A stretch of 63,613 nucleotides of DNA, counting the filler, from Octopus bimaculoides (Eukaryota): the NCBI RefSeq assembly GCF_001194135.2. It is 8 parts of 7 records of this genome, joined end to end, with 100 filler letters (N's around TTAATTAATTAA, not from the genome) between each part and the next. Parts side by side here need not be neighbours in the genome. Positions count along the whole stretch, not along the records: positions 23,027 to 37,307 come from NC_068994.1; positions 37,408 to 46,126 come from NC_068982.1; positions 46,227 to 49,068 come from NC_068986.1; positions 49,169 to 59,332 come from NC_069005.1; 4 more parts are not named here. One strand, written 5' to 3'. The stretch's first letter is position 1, and the number at the start of each line of letters is the position of its first letter. A program made the position numbers and the translations under genes. The notes under the pieces were generated by a model. It searched no databases. It saw only the letters and a list, made by a program, of their open reading frames with translations, and was not told the origin of the DNA. Shown here piece after piece: positions 36,445-49,514 of this stretch.

Positions 36445-36720
36445 GGCACATGGTTCAGTGGTTAGAGCGTCAAGCTTAAGATCGTGAAGTTGTGAGTTCG
36501 ATTCACGGACCGGGCTGCGAGTTGTGTTCTTGAGCAAGACACTTTATTTCACGTTGCTCCATTTCACTCATCTGTAGAAATGAGTTGCCAAGCTGTATCG
36601 GCCCCTTTGCCTTTCCCTTGGATAACATCGATGGCGTGGAGAGAGGATAGGCTAGTGTGCATGGGCGACTGCTAGTCCTCCGTAAAAACAACCCTAGGTC
36701 GTGTGTTCGCCGGTGAGGAA
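36440..36720 (+). mobile_element. tRNA-derived CORE-like SINE; related heads at 40831-41100, 50250-50560 and 52477-52740
   Basis: A box TGGTTCAGTGG and B box GAGTTCGATTC, then GTGTTCTTGAGCAAGACACTT..CTCATCTGTAGAAATGAG, which resembles the CORE-SINE domain. Confidence 0.78.
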
Positions 36721-36789
36721 ACTTTCCGCCCGGAAAGGAATCTCATAGGTGCACCCAAGGTCATTCATGACTGACGGAGTCGAATCGAG

Positions 36790-36836
<47 letters not shown>

Positions 36837-37276
36837 CACACACAAGGTTTTCTTCCCTGTTTCAGTCTTCTGAATTCCCCTCACAACGCACTGGTGATGT
36901 CACGATTATGGCAGAACAGATCCGCCTTAGGAATCACGCTTTGAGATCGAACGTAAATCGAGATAGTGGCAAGGAAATTCATAAATGTGTATGCCACAAT
37001 GAAACGGTCGATTTAAATACAGTAATACTTCGGTGACCTGCAATAGAACAGCACAGTGAATGCACTTAGTATATTACTGGTATTAGGTATCAATATCATC
37101 GCAACACGATTAATGGAAGAAAAGTTCCACATAAATGAGATTTGAGGTCTGAAAATAGACGTAGGAAAATAGAAATACTTCCAGGGTTCTTCGTCTTTTC
37201 TTTCACTCTGCTGCTCCACTCAATGTTTTAATATTTATTCAAATATTCAGACATATATTAAATCAGACAAATTCAC

Positions 37277-37307
<31 letters not shown>

Positions 37308-37407
37308 NNNNNNNNNNNNNNNNNNNNNNNNNNNNNNNNNNNNNNNNNNNNTTAATTAATTAANNNNNNNNNNNNNNNNNNNNNNNNNNNNNNNNNNNNN
37401 NNNNNNN

Positions 37408-37443
<36 letters not shown>

Positions 37444-38087
37444 TACATGTACATATATATATAATATGCATACATGTACATAAATATATATATAGACACA
37501 CACTTAAGACGCACACAAAGCACATATACACATGTGTATTGGATCTAACATCCACCTAAGGCTACACCTTTTTGTGTACTTGCATGGGGCATTACATCAC
37601 GTTTATTACAGTTTTCTAATTCAGTGCATTAAATTACGACGTTAATAAAAATGTTTCGTGTATCTCTTTTTTGGATGTCAACGTCTCTTCTCTCTCTCTC
37701 CCTACTCAATCACAAACACACACATCCACACACATTTATATATGCTGTGCGTGTCATTGTGTCTATGTATATTATGTTTATATGTTTCAATGGGTCCAAT
37801 AATGGTTTTTCATTTGTTTAATCGATCGAACTAGCTTCTCATTAAGATTGCGTCTGTGTGACTGAACATTTCGCAGACGTTTGCTCCCGTCATATTGTTT
37901 TCGGGTGCAGTGACTTGATTAATTGTCACAGACCTGAAAGATTTAAATTACACATACACAATCCATGTGGCGATCTTGCAGTTTCTTTCTATCTACCATA
38001 AGACACTTGCCCATGATGCTAACTGTATCATTGAACCCCCGACTTCGTCGTGACGAAACGAATTTCTTCAGCACGGTCATACAGCGG

Positions 38088-38147
<60 letters not shown>

Positions 38148-38161
38148 GCGTGTGAATACAC

Positions 38162-38224
<63 letters not shown>

Positions 38225-39118
38225 ATTGATAGGTGCACACAAATGAGAGAACATTCGCACTCACACGCAATTGTATCTTTAACTTGTTTCAATCATTAGA
38301 TTGCGGCCATGCTGGGGCACTGTCCTGAAAGATTTAAGTCTTAAAGAATCAACACCAGCACTTATTTTATTAAAACTGGTACTCATTTCTATCAGTTCCT
38401 ATCAATTCCTTTGCCGAACCGCTAGACACGGGGACGTAAGCACACCAACGCCGGTTGTCAAGTGGTGGTGGGGTACATACAGACCCAAACACACACACAC
38501 ACATACATACTCACACACACATACGCTCACACACACACACACACACACATATACAACGGGTTTCTTTCAGTTTCCGTCCACCAAATCTATTCACAAGGCT
38601 TTGGTCGGCCCGACACTTGCCCACCCAAGGTGCCAGGCAGTAAGGCTAAACCCAAAACCATTTGGTTGGGAAGCAAACTCACGCCAGCGGTTATATATGT
38701 ATATGTGGAATATGTGACGTTCATTCTTTTCGTTTACTTCTGCATCATATAGATATTTGTCATCACACAAATTTGCCTCGCTTCTCTTTTTGTAGAAAGA
38801 ATACCTTGCGTGCAATAAAACAAATTTACTGTGTTCTAGCTATATGTGCATATGCAATACACAGACATGCACACATATGTTTATAAGTACATGTACTTTA
38901 TATGTGTATATATACACACACACGCGTTTATAAGTACATGTAGGTAGGTTGTGTGGTAAGAAGATTGCTCTCTAAGCACATGAGTATGGGTTCAGTCCCA
39001 CCGCTTGACACTTTGGGCAAGTGTCTTATACTATAGCCTAGGGCCGACCAAAACCTTATGAGTAGATTTGGTAGACGGTGACTGAAAGAAACCTGTCGTA
39101 TGTGTATGTGTGGTGTGT

Positions 39119-39163
<45 letters not shown>

Positions 39164-40247
39164 CTGCCCCGTTATCGCTTGACAACACGTGTTGGTTGGA
39201 ATATTTACGTCCCTGTAACTTAGCGGCTCAGAAAAAGAGACCGATGGAATAAATACCAGGTTTTAAAATAAAAGAAAAAAATGTAAGTATTGGGATCGAT
39301 TCGTTAGACTAAAATTCTCCAAGGCTGGTGCTCCTGCATGACCGTATTCTAATGCCTGAAATAATAAAAAATACATGGTCAAAAGACGTGTTCGTGTACA
39401 CCCCGCCCCCACAAACATACACATTTAATAGGCACAGCTGTTTGGGCGAGAGACTTGCTTCCCAACTATGTGGGCTTACGTTCAGTCCCACTGTGAGGTA
39501 CCTTGGGCAAGTGATAGCCTCCGACTAACCAAAGTCTTCTGAATGGCGGATAACTGAAAACATCCCGCCGAGCGCGTGCGTTTGTGTGTGTGTGTGTGCG
39601 CGCGCGGATGCCTGCATGTCTCCTACTATCGCTTGACAACCGGTGTTGGTTTGTTTACTTTTTAAGTGGATGCCACAGTATATTCGCTATCTAATGACTG
39701 AAACAGTTAAAAGATAAAATATAAAATATATATATTCATAAAAAAAAGTAGTGGATAAAGGGGTTAAGCATTCATAAACTCTGGCAATCTTTCTGAATAG
39801 TTTGCTAGCGACGTAGTTTCACAATGTTATAAAAATGAAAATCAACAAAATTATTAGTCTATAAAATTGACCCAGGAGCTAGACAGTAAACATCCCACAG
39901 GTTGTATGTTCGTTAACTTAACCCCACCCTTTCTTTGCAATAAACGAAATTTGAAGTCCCAATCAACTTGATCTTCAAAATAAATTTGACAGTTTTCAGT
40001 ATTGAGTTACACGATCAATAAAATACTCGGTCGTCGTTCTTAAAAGTGCTTTAAATTAATATGATTACTCTAGCGTTTACACACACACACACACACACAA
40101 CTTAGCTTATATATATATATACACATATATTGTGTATATATGTATATATATGTGTGTGTGAGTGTATGTGTGTGTGTACATATATAATTTATATATTTAT
40201 GTATGTTAAGAATAAATATATATTACTATATACACGTACTTGTGCAT

Positions 40248-40291
<44 letters not shown>

Positions 40292-41346
40292 ACTGTTTGC
40301 ATCGGTGATGCGATGCAAAAGGTAAATAGTATTTAAAATGNNNNNNNNNNNNNNNNNNNNNNNNNNNNNNNNNNNNNNNNNNNNNNNNNNNNNNNNNNNN
40401 NNNNNNNNNNNNNNNNNNNNNNNNNNNNNNNNNNNNNNNNNNNNNNNNNNNNNNNNNNNNNNNNNNNNNNNNNNNNNNNNNNNNNNNNNNNNNNNNNNNN
40501 NNNNNNNNNNNNNNNNNNNNNNNNNNNNNNNNNNNNNNNNNNNNNNNNNNNNNNNNNNNNNNNNNNNNNNNNNNNNNNNNNNNNNNNNNNNNNNNNNNNN
40601 NNNNNNNNNNNNNNNNNNNNNNNNNNNNNNNNNNNNNNNNNNNNNNNNNNNNNNNNNNNNNNNNNNNNNNNNNNNNNNNNNNNNNNNNNNNNNNNNNNNN
40701 NNNNNNNNNNNNNNNNNNNNNNNNNNNNNNNNNNTATATATATTGTGTATGTATTTGTCTATATGTGTGTGTGTGTGTATATGTATACACACACACACAT
40801 ATATATATAGACATGTATATGTGTATATTTGTGGAGGCACATTGTCTAGTGGGTACGGTGTTGTACTCACGATCGCGAGATCGTGGTTTCTATTCCTAGA
40901 ACGAGAGGTACGTTGTGTTCTTGAGCAAAATAATTTAATATGATGTTGCTCTGCGATCACTTCGACACCTGGCGCATGGTACGCCGTGTAATCTGTTCAG
41001 GCAACGTCGATTTAATGGAGTCAGTGAGCTAATAATTAATGTACAGCAGAGACACTTGATCTCTATAAATAAAATCATTCGTGCAGGTCGTTCGACAAAG
41101 TTTTATACGTCGCCTGCCACGAAAGGGTCCTTCGTATACTCGTAAACGCTATAAAGTGGTTGGTGTTAGGAAGGACATCCAGCAGTAGAAATCATGCAGA
41201 AGCAGAGACTAGAGCTTGATGCCGTCCTTGGGCCCACCGTAACCTGTTAAACTGTTCAACCTGTGCCAGCATGGATCATGGACGTTGTATGATGATGTAT
41301 ATTCACGTATATATATATTATACACACACACATATATATGTATGTT

Positions 41347-41378
<32 letters not shown>

Positions 41379-42174
41379 TGCGTTTATACATATCCATATA
41401 TATACATATATAATTATACACACACTTATATATGTATGTTTACATATATATATACACATGTGTTTATATATACGCATATATATGTTTATATANNNNNNNN
41501 NNNNNNNNNNNNNNNNNNNNNNNNNNNNNNNNNNNNNNNNNNNNNNNNNNNNNNNNNNNNNNNNNNNNNNNNNNNNNNNNNNNNNNNNNNNNNNNNNNNN
41601 NNNNNNNNNNNNNNNNNNNNNNNNNNNNNNNNNNNNNNNNNNNNNNNNNNNNNNNNNNNNNNNNNNNNNNNNNNNNNNNNNNNNNNNNNNNNNNNNNNNN
41701 NNNNNNNNNNNNNNNNNNNNNNNNNNNNNNNNNNNNNNNNNNNNNNNNNNNNNNNNNNNNNNNNNNNNNNNNNNNNNNNNNNNNNNNNNNNNNNNNNNNN
41801 NNNNNNNNNNNNNNNNNNNNNNNNNNNNNNNNNNNNNNNNNNNNNNNNNNNNNNNNNNNNNNNNNNNNNNNNNNNNNNNNNNNNNNNNNNNNNNNNNNNN
41901 NNNNNNNNNNNNNNNNNNNNNNNNNNNNNNNNNNNNNNNNNNNNNNNNNNNNNNNNNNNNNNNNNNNNNNNNNNNNNNNNNNNNNNNNNNNNNNNNNNNN
42001 NNNNNNNNNNNNNNNNNNNNNNNNNNNNNNNNNNNNNNNNNNNNNNNNNNNNNNNNNNNNNNNNNNNNNNNNNNNNNNNNNNNNNNNNNNNNNNNNNNNN
42101 NNNNNNNNNNNNNNNNNNNNNNNNNNNNNNNNNNNNNNNNNNNNNNNNNNNNNNNNNNNTATATATATATATAT

Positions 42175-42890
42175 ATGCAACTAAACGAGGGAAAATTTGA
42201 GCTGATGCATTTTGGAAGAAAGACTATACAAAAACATCCATACTCTTCCTTCAGAGGAACCGCTCACAGCATCTAATAATATTAGAGACCTAGGTGTAAT
42301 TGTTGATAACAATCTCAGTTGGAGTGCACACATCAACAATAAGGTCGATATAGCTCGTAGGATGAGCTCCTGGATCTTAAGAACCTTTCCGGTCCAGAGA
42401 ACAAGGTGTCATCATTCCCCTTTACTCCTCCTTTGTACGGCCACACCTCGAATACTGCTGCCCACTATGGTCTCCCCATACAAAACAAAACATCTCGAAA
42501 ATTGAATCACCCAGAGGGCACTCACTAAACGAATTAAGGACATGACTGATCTCGATTACTGGGACCGCCTTAAAGCCTTGAAACTCTACTCTCTCCAGCG
42601 CCGCCGCGAGCGGTACATCATTTGCACGATGTTGAGAATATAACGCCGGCATTGCCCAAACGACCTGAACATTAATTTCAAGGTTGATCCAAAGCTGGGA
42701 CCACGGGCCATACGTCCCTTGCCCAATTCACAACATATGGGTACATTGCGACACAATTTCTTTTCCTCAACAGGCCCTGACTTCTTTAACATTGTCCAAA
42801 AACTGATCAAAGAGGAATACCGGATAAGCCACCCATGCCACGATACAACTCACTCAACAAGAACTCACTACTTGAATGGACCATAATACC
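42175..42890 (+). mobile_element. CR1/L2-group LINE, C-terminal RT region, frameshifted
   Basis: Peptides QLNEGKFELMHFG, IRDLGVIVDNNLSWSAHINNKV, VRPHLEYCCPLWSP and RLKALKLYSLQRRRERYII across shifted frames. Confidence 0.88.
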
Positions 42891-43379
42891 ACNNNNNNNN
42901 NNNNNNNNNNNNNNNNNNNNNNNNNNNNNNNNNNNNNNNNNNNNNNNNNNNNNNNNNNNNNNNNNNNNNNNNNNNNNNNNNNNNNNNNNNNNNNNNNNNN
43001 NNNNNNNNNNNNNNNNNNNNNNNNNNNNNNNNNNNNNNNNNNNNNNNNNNNNNNNNNNNNNNNNNNNNNNNNNNNNNNNNNNNNNNNNNNNNNNNNNNNN
43101 NNNNNNNNNNNNNNNNNNNNNNNNNNNNNNNNNNNNNNNNNNNNNNNNNNNNNNNNNNNNNNNNNNNNNNNNNNNNNNNNNNNNNNNNNNNNNNNNNNNN
43201 NNNNNNNNNNNNNNNNNNNNNNNNNNNNNNNNNNNNNNNNNNNNNNNNNNNNNNNNNNNNNNNNNNNNNNNNNNNNNNNNNNNNNNNNNNNNNNNNNNNN
43301 NNNNNNNNNNNNNNNNNNNNNNNNNNNNNNNNNNNNNNNNNNNNNNNNNNNNNNNNNNNNNNNNNNNNNNNNNNNNNNN

Positions 43380-43436
<57 letters not shown>

Positions 43437-44016
43437 ATATATTTCTACATGTATATATATATGTGTGTGTGTATATATACATATATGTATAATGTATATA
43501 TATATATATATATGTTATGTATATATATACACATGTTTACACATGTGTATACATGTGTGTATGTGTGTGCGCGCGCGCGTTTAGTTCTTTATGCAGCATT
43601 AAATCTGCGTAAACTTATCCCCCACCACCAAATCTAATGAATTCACTGTATGAGCTGAACGCAGTTTTACGTGCCAAGAGACACCTTTATAAACCCAACG
43701 GAAATACGTAGTGAACCGTAGCGTGTTACCTTTAACGTTGTAATTCGTATTCTCGTACGATCAGCGAGAAATCACCTGCCTTGTCTGTCTACTTGTTAAA
43801 AACAGTAGCTAAATTTAACTCATACTGCAATGTTTCGAAAAGATATGACATGGGAGGCGAAATTTGTCACGGGCATGAACGTTTTTTATCACAAGTCTAC
43901 TGAAATCAGACTTATGACTATGTTGTCGTTTGACATATTTTGGAGAAATAGCAGCGAAATCTTTCTCAAATCGCACTTTTCCAGTCATCATTAAGGCAAA
44001 AAGAAATAAATTAGTT

Positions 44017-44278
44017 CAGTGGTTCTTAACTGGGATCCATAATATGACCCTTTAAGGGTCCATATAAGATTTTGTCGTTAATATTTATCTGCAATAAATT
44101 GGTTATGCTTCAACAATACACAGAATATTGTAATAATTATCTTTACACAATTGCTAATGATACTTAATTAAAAAAATATAATAGAATTTTTTAACTCCGA
44201 ATGGTTAGGAGGGGCCATCAATTAAAATAGAAATCAAAGGGGTAAAAATATGGTAAAAAATATGGTTGAGAAACACAG
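44017..44278. mobile_element. Degenerate hAT-type MITE
   Basis: Starts CAGTGGTTCTTAAC and ends GGTTGAGAAACACAG, a degenerate inverted copy. Confidence 0.5.
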
Positions 44279-44941
44279 CATTTGATAATCTTGTCCTATT
44301 TATCTTTAAAAGAAAAGAATAAACTGGATGATCACGCCTGCTTAGTCAAAGCTTGAACTGCAATCAGACCAGAGCAACCACCAATAAGCGAGTAGGACTG
44401 AAGTGATTTGTCACAATATATGAATGAATGATCACAAACTAGCTGCGCTGATGATGCAGTATAAACCCAGGTCGATAGTCCCAAACTTTATTGATGTTGA
44501 CCAGCTTCTGACACACGTGTGTTTGTATGTGTGTGTATGTGTGTATGGTGATGGTCGTGGGAGTATGAGGTCAAGGAGCTTGCTTCGCAACCACATGGTT
44601 CTAGTTCAATCCCACCTCGCGGCACGTTTACGCAAGTGACCTTTACCATAAGTAATCTTGACGACTTGGCTACTTGTTAGAGAACTTAGCAGGCAGAAAA
44701 ATGTATGGAAACCCATCGAATTTTAACTACCAGCTTTGTCACGCTCAGAGGGTTACGTCAAATAAATATCTTTTGAATAGTTAGCCAGCCACTTACAATA
44801 TCGTTCAGCTTGCAAGTAATTGACCAAACAACTGGGATATTCATCGATGAATCCGATAGAGGATACTATATATATATCTTTTATCTTTTTCTTGGTTCGG
44901 CCATGACTGCGACCACCCTTTCCAATATATATATATTGATA

Positions 44942-45588
44942 TATTTCAGAGTGTTTAGGTGTCAATCTGAGGACAGTGCAATATGAGGACATGTACCGAG
45001 AGTGATAAAAATCAAACATCCAGTCAACATCATAGTGTTTGGAGTGATCACTAGTGATGGCGACGTTATGCCTTCATTCATCTTCCTACACCACCTCAGA
45101 CTTAACACGTGCCTATAGGCGGTAGTGCTGCCCTGGGTCAAAAGGGTGGATGCTGGAAGACTCTATGTCTGGCAACAGGATTCTGCACCATGCTACACAA
45201 GCAGGAGAACCCAGTCATGGCTGTCAGACAATTTCTGCGACCACATCACCCGTAACATCTGGCCACCTCACTCCCCAGACTGCAATCCCTTTGATTATTA
45301 TGTGTGGGGAGCAGTTGAGCAAGAGACCACCAAAACTCCTTGTAGCGCTAAAGATGAACTGAAGACAGGATTCACCAACTTGAACAAGGAGACCGTCCAG
45401 AAGAGCTGCAGGAGATTCCGAAGTAGTCTGGAGGCCGTGGTTGAAGCCAATTGAGATTTTATTGAATAAATTTACTCTTTGGTATTTCAAGATATTTTTA
45501 TGCAATTTTGGTAAATATATCTGTTAAAATGAGATGTCAGTGTTATTTTCATTTTTGCGTAATTTAGACAACAGTTTATTCACCGCAC
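44942..45588 (+). mobile_element. Internally deleted Tc1/mariner transposon, maT/DD37D type
   Basis: ISECLGVNLRTV (HTH remnant), then KHPVNIIVFGVITSDG...WQQDSAPCYTSRRTQSWL...WPPHSPDCNPFDYYVWG. I count 37 residues between the second and third catalytic D. Confidence 0.85.
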
Positions 45589-45591
45589 ACA

Positions 45592-45622
<31 letters not shown>

Positions 45623-46226
45623 TGTATGTATGTATGTTTGTATGTATGTATATGTATGTGTGTGTATTCTTTTTATTCTTTTACTTGTTTCGGTCACTTG
45701 ATTCCGGCCATGCCGGAGCAACGCCTTTTAGTCGAACAAATCGACCCCAGGACTTATTCTTTGTAAGCTTAGTACTTATACTATCAGTCTCTTTTGCCGA
45801 ACCACTAAATTATGGGGACATAAACATACCAACATCGGTCGTCAAGTGACGGTGGGTGGGGACAAACACAAAAACACACACACATAAATATATACATATA
45901 TATATACAAGCTTTCAGTTTCCGTCTACCAAATCCACTCACGAGGCTTTGGACGGCCCGAGACTATAGTAGAAAACACTTGCCCAAAGTGTCACGCCGTG
46001 GGATTGAACCCAGAACCATTTGGTTGGGAAGCAAGCTTCTTACCACACAGCCACGCCTAAACCTAGTATTTTTCTATCGATTTGTTTTGCCGAAGCGCTA
46101 AGTTACGGGAACATAAACACACTAGCNNNNNNNNNNNNNNNNNNNNNNNNNNNNNNNNNNNNNNNNNNNNTTAATTAATTAANNNNNNNNNNNNNNNNNN
46201 NNNNNNNNNNNNNNNNNNNNNNNNNN

Positions 46227-46578
46227 CGGGTGGCACATGAGATGCACCATTTTGAGCGTGGCCGTTGCCAGTACCGCCTGACTGGCTCCTGTAGGATTTT
46301 CGAGCGAGATCGTTGCCAGTGCCCCTGGACTGGCTTGTGCGGGTGGCACATAAAAGACACCATTTCGAGCGTGGCCGTTTTCGTGCGGGTGACACGTAAA
46401 AGCACCCACTACACTCTCTGAGTGGTTGGTGTTAGGAAGGGCATCCAGCTGTAGAAACTCTGCCAAATCAGACTGGAGCCTGGTGTTGTCATCCGGTTTC
46501 ACCAGTCCTCAGTCAAATCGTCCAACCCATGCTAGCATGGAAAGCGGACGTTAAACGATGATGATGATGATGATGATA
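46227..46578 (+). mobile_element. RTE-tailed SINE/short retroposon with (GAT)n tail; copies at 20829-21187(-), ~17122-17310(-), ~41140-41300(+), ~52900-53120(+) and ~59096-59310(-)
   Basis: Shared GGTTGG(C/T)GTTAGGAAGGGCATCCAGCTGTAGAAAC core and AACCCATGCTAGCATGGAAAGCGGACGTTAAACGATGATG 3' end. Confidence 0.8.
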
Positions 46579-47176
46579 CACACACACACATATTTACATA
46601 TACATATACACATATTTACAGAAAATTAAGTTTTCCACACAAGTAGAAGTATGAAGAAAAGAAAAAAGTTGGAAATGCGATTTAGGAAAATTTGCTTTAT
46701 CACAATTTATATACAATTACTTAATGGTTTACACAGTTTTTTAATTCTCAAAAGTAATGGATTTATGGAGAGTTTTATCACAGATTTTTTATGTTTCAGT
46801 GTGGAAGTTCTTCTCTTGAAGATTTATTAACAACGTGTTACATTTTCAAATTTTAAGTATTATTATGCCGATGTATGTATTTATATTATAAACATGTTAT
46901 AAAACTCTACATAATCCATTACTTTTAAAAATCAAAAAACTTGTGAAAGCAATTAAGCAACTGTATATATTTTCATAAAGAAATTTTTGTTAATTAGCAT
47001 TTTCAACTGCTTTCCTTTTGTTCATACAAGCAGAAACACTGGCCTCTGGGTGGTTTTATGCTAGTATATGTTATATTTGCTTATACAAAACTGCAGTGAT
47101 GTGCATATCTGTCCATACATACATACATCCATCCATACATACATACATACATACATACACACATACATACATATAT

Positions 47177-47560
47177 ACATTCCGGGATGATAGTAACATT
47201 GATAATCAAAGCAGTCTATCATGGACCAACAACTATATTACTACCTCCCATTTGAAAGGTATGTATTTGCAATCCAGGAACAGAAAATATCAGCCAAATC
47301 CTTGATGCACAAAAGGAACAGAGCTGCTGGAAAAATTTTGTGGAGTTAACAACAAAGATATCACCCACATCCTAAGCAATTGTCCAAAAATGTTGTTGCA
47401 TATTATGTACCAATGAGACATAATGTTGTTAGGATACTGTATAATGGGATCTGTTAGAAGGATAATTCTGTAACCAAAGAAATAAGAACCCATAATATAG
47501 TAGAGGCCATAGCAACTAATAAGAAGGAATACTACAGCCGAAGGAGAAGATTTTTGGCCA
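47177..47560 (+). mobile_element. Degraded R4/NeSL-type RLE LINE fragment (region around the CCHC motif)
   Basis: Shifted frames give SLSW..ITTSH / YVFAIQEQKISAKSLMHKR / DITHILSNCPKM / YYVPMRHNVV, similar to the AIQEQ...THI..C....Y..RH motifs of RLE elements. Confidence 0.6.
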
Positions 47561-47900
47561 TTAGTAATCAAAAGATATAATTTGATACAAAAAATAACTC
47601 AACCAACATACATACATACATATATAGAATATCTTTAGAAGCTACCATTTTAAACTTGTGATTACCTGGGTGTGTGTGTACGTTTGTATATGTGTGTGTG
47701 AATGTGCCATGTCTTATAACCGTTAGTCTATCTACCTCGCTTTCTATTTGTTTTTACACTTTTCACATTGTAAAAATTGTAATAATTGATTTCATTGGAA
47801 GGTTGTAAATCCAGCAATGTTAATTATTCACCACATTCTCTCTCACTCTTTCTCTGTATGTTTATATCTCTCAAGTCTTAGGGTGTATGTATGTTTGTGC

Positions 47901-47943
<43 letters not shown>

Positions 47944-48481
47944 GAATTTCATTAGGACAACAGAGTCAAAAGACCCCCACAAAGCATCAGCAGTGAACTC
48001 AGAGGAAGAATAGACTTAATTATATGCAAATATGAGACACTCTCAGGAGACACCAAAGCATAAGATTCATTGATAAGATAAGCACACAATAGCCTTTGTC
48101 ACACAGGTTCAATGTCCTGTTTCAATTCAAACAACTTCAATTTCCAGTGAGTCTTAGTTTTGCCTTGACATCAATAAATCACAAGAGTAAACATTTTCAG
48201 GTGCCAGTTTACACCTTAAAGAGACCTGCTTCACCCATGGTCAGCTTTAAGTTGGATTTTCAAGAGTAGGAAATAAGAAAAATCATTACATCTATGCAGC
48301 AAATAGGAAAACAAAAAAAAACTTGTTTATTGGGACATTTTATATTGTTCCAAATAATGCAGAAATCCATCCTGATCAAGAGGCCTATCCATTGGGGAAG
48401 ATATGGTCTGATACGGAATAGAAAAAATTTAATTAAAGGCATTCTATTGTGGAAACTGCCCAGCAATGGTAGGCTATTCAG

Positions 48482-48545
<64 letters not shown>

Positions 48546-48737
48546 AGAAAAATGAGGCAGTCAGAATTCCACTTAAGGACTTATGCTCTTGTTTCTACAA
48601 CATCCAAAATTGAACTATGAACTTTTATGCTTCTTTTTTCTTTTCTCTCATCATTTCCTTATTCCTTTACTCTCTTCCTCTAAGTCATCATCTCATTAGT
48701 GTATACCATTCTCATTTTTCCCTATTTTTCCATATTT

Positions 48738-48793
48738 GTCTCTGATGACAGAATATCCCATACTCAGGGATTTCCCAGAAACAACTGTAAGAC
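48738..48793 (+). ncRNA. Type I hammerhead ribozyme motif (Penelope-like terminal-repeat type)
   Basis: GTCT CTGATGA ca..ATCCC atactca GGGAT..a GAAAC AACT GTA AGAC. 4-bp stem I; stem III is one change from the palindrome ACAGCTGT; GUA triplet. Preceded by a pyrimidine-rich tract. Confidence 0.55.
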
Positions 48794-49013
48794 TGAATTT
48801 TTTCCAATAATAATAATGTATACGAATTGAGATGTTTGCCTTGCCTTAACATTTGTTGTCCTCTTTAACAATTATACATCCACTGCATTGGAAATCTGTG
48901 ATGGCTCCATAACTACCATCTCGGCTATAACCTAGGAGCCCTAGTAATCCATTACAGTACTTATCTAGCATACCTAATCATTTAGATCACCTATGAACTA
49001 AATCCCCATACTT

Positions 49014-49068
<55 letters not shown>

Positions 49069-49209
49069 NNNNNNNNNNNNNNNNNNNNNNNNNNNNNNNN
49101 NNNNNNNNNNNNTTAATTAATTAANNNNNNNNNNNNNNNNNNNNNNNNNNNNNNNNNNNNNNNNNNNNGAGGAATAGACAGGTTTTGTTCTCCCAAAGAG
49201 GGCGCTTAC

Positions 49210-49389
49210 ATATCTCGTGTCTTGTTTGAAGAATGTGGTCGCATCATTAAACTCGTCGTTAAGAGCATAAATGGTGTCCATTGATAAGCGCTTGTCAGCC
49301 ACTTTGCCAAAGTCTTTGCTTGCTCGTTTCCTCATCCACCGTTTTTTGGTAACCTTCACAGACTGCATCTGAACGATGATACGAAGAGT
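49210..49389 (-). CDS. Candidate orphan exon of an unidentified gene or element: TLRIIVQMQSVKVTKKRWMRKRASKDFGKVADKRLSMDTIYALNDEFNDATTFFKQDTRY
   Basis: On the minus strand, cttccagtttacAG acceptor and GTaagc donor. Exactly 180 nt; one frame is open (phase 0/0) and the other two contain stops. Non-repetitive. No homology recognised. Confidence 0.35.
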
Positions 49390-49420
49390 CTGTAAACTGG
49401 AAGTCAATGGATGGATGTTT

Positions 49421-49514
49421 GGAGTGGACTGGACTGGAATGGAATGGACCAGACCGGACTGGGTTTGGGCAGGGCAGGGCAGGGATGGGCAGGGATGGGC
49501 AGGGCTGGACTGGG
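49421..49514 (+). repeat. Pentanucleotide array (TGGAC/TGGAA/GGGCA) with nine GGG tracts at 49461-49504
   Basis: Directly visible. Confidence 0.9.
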
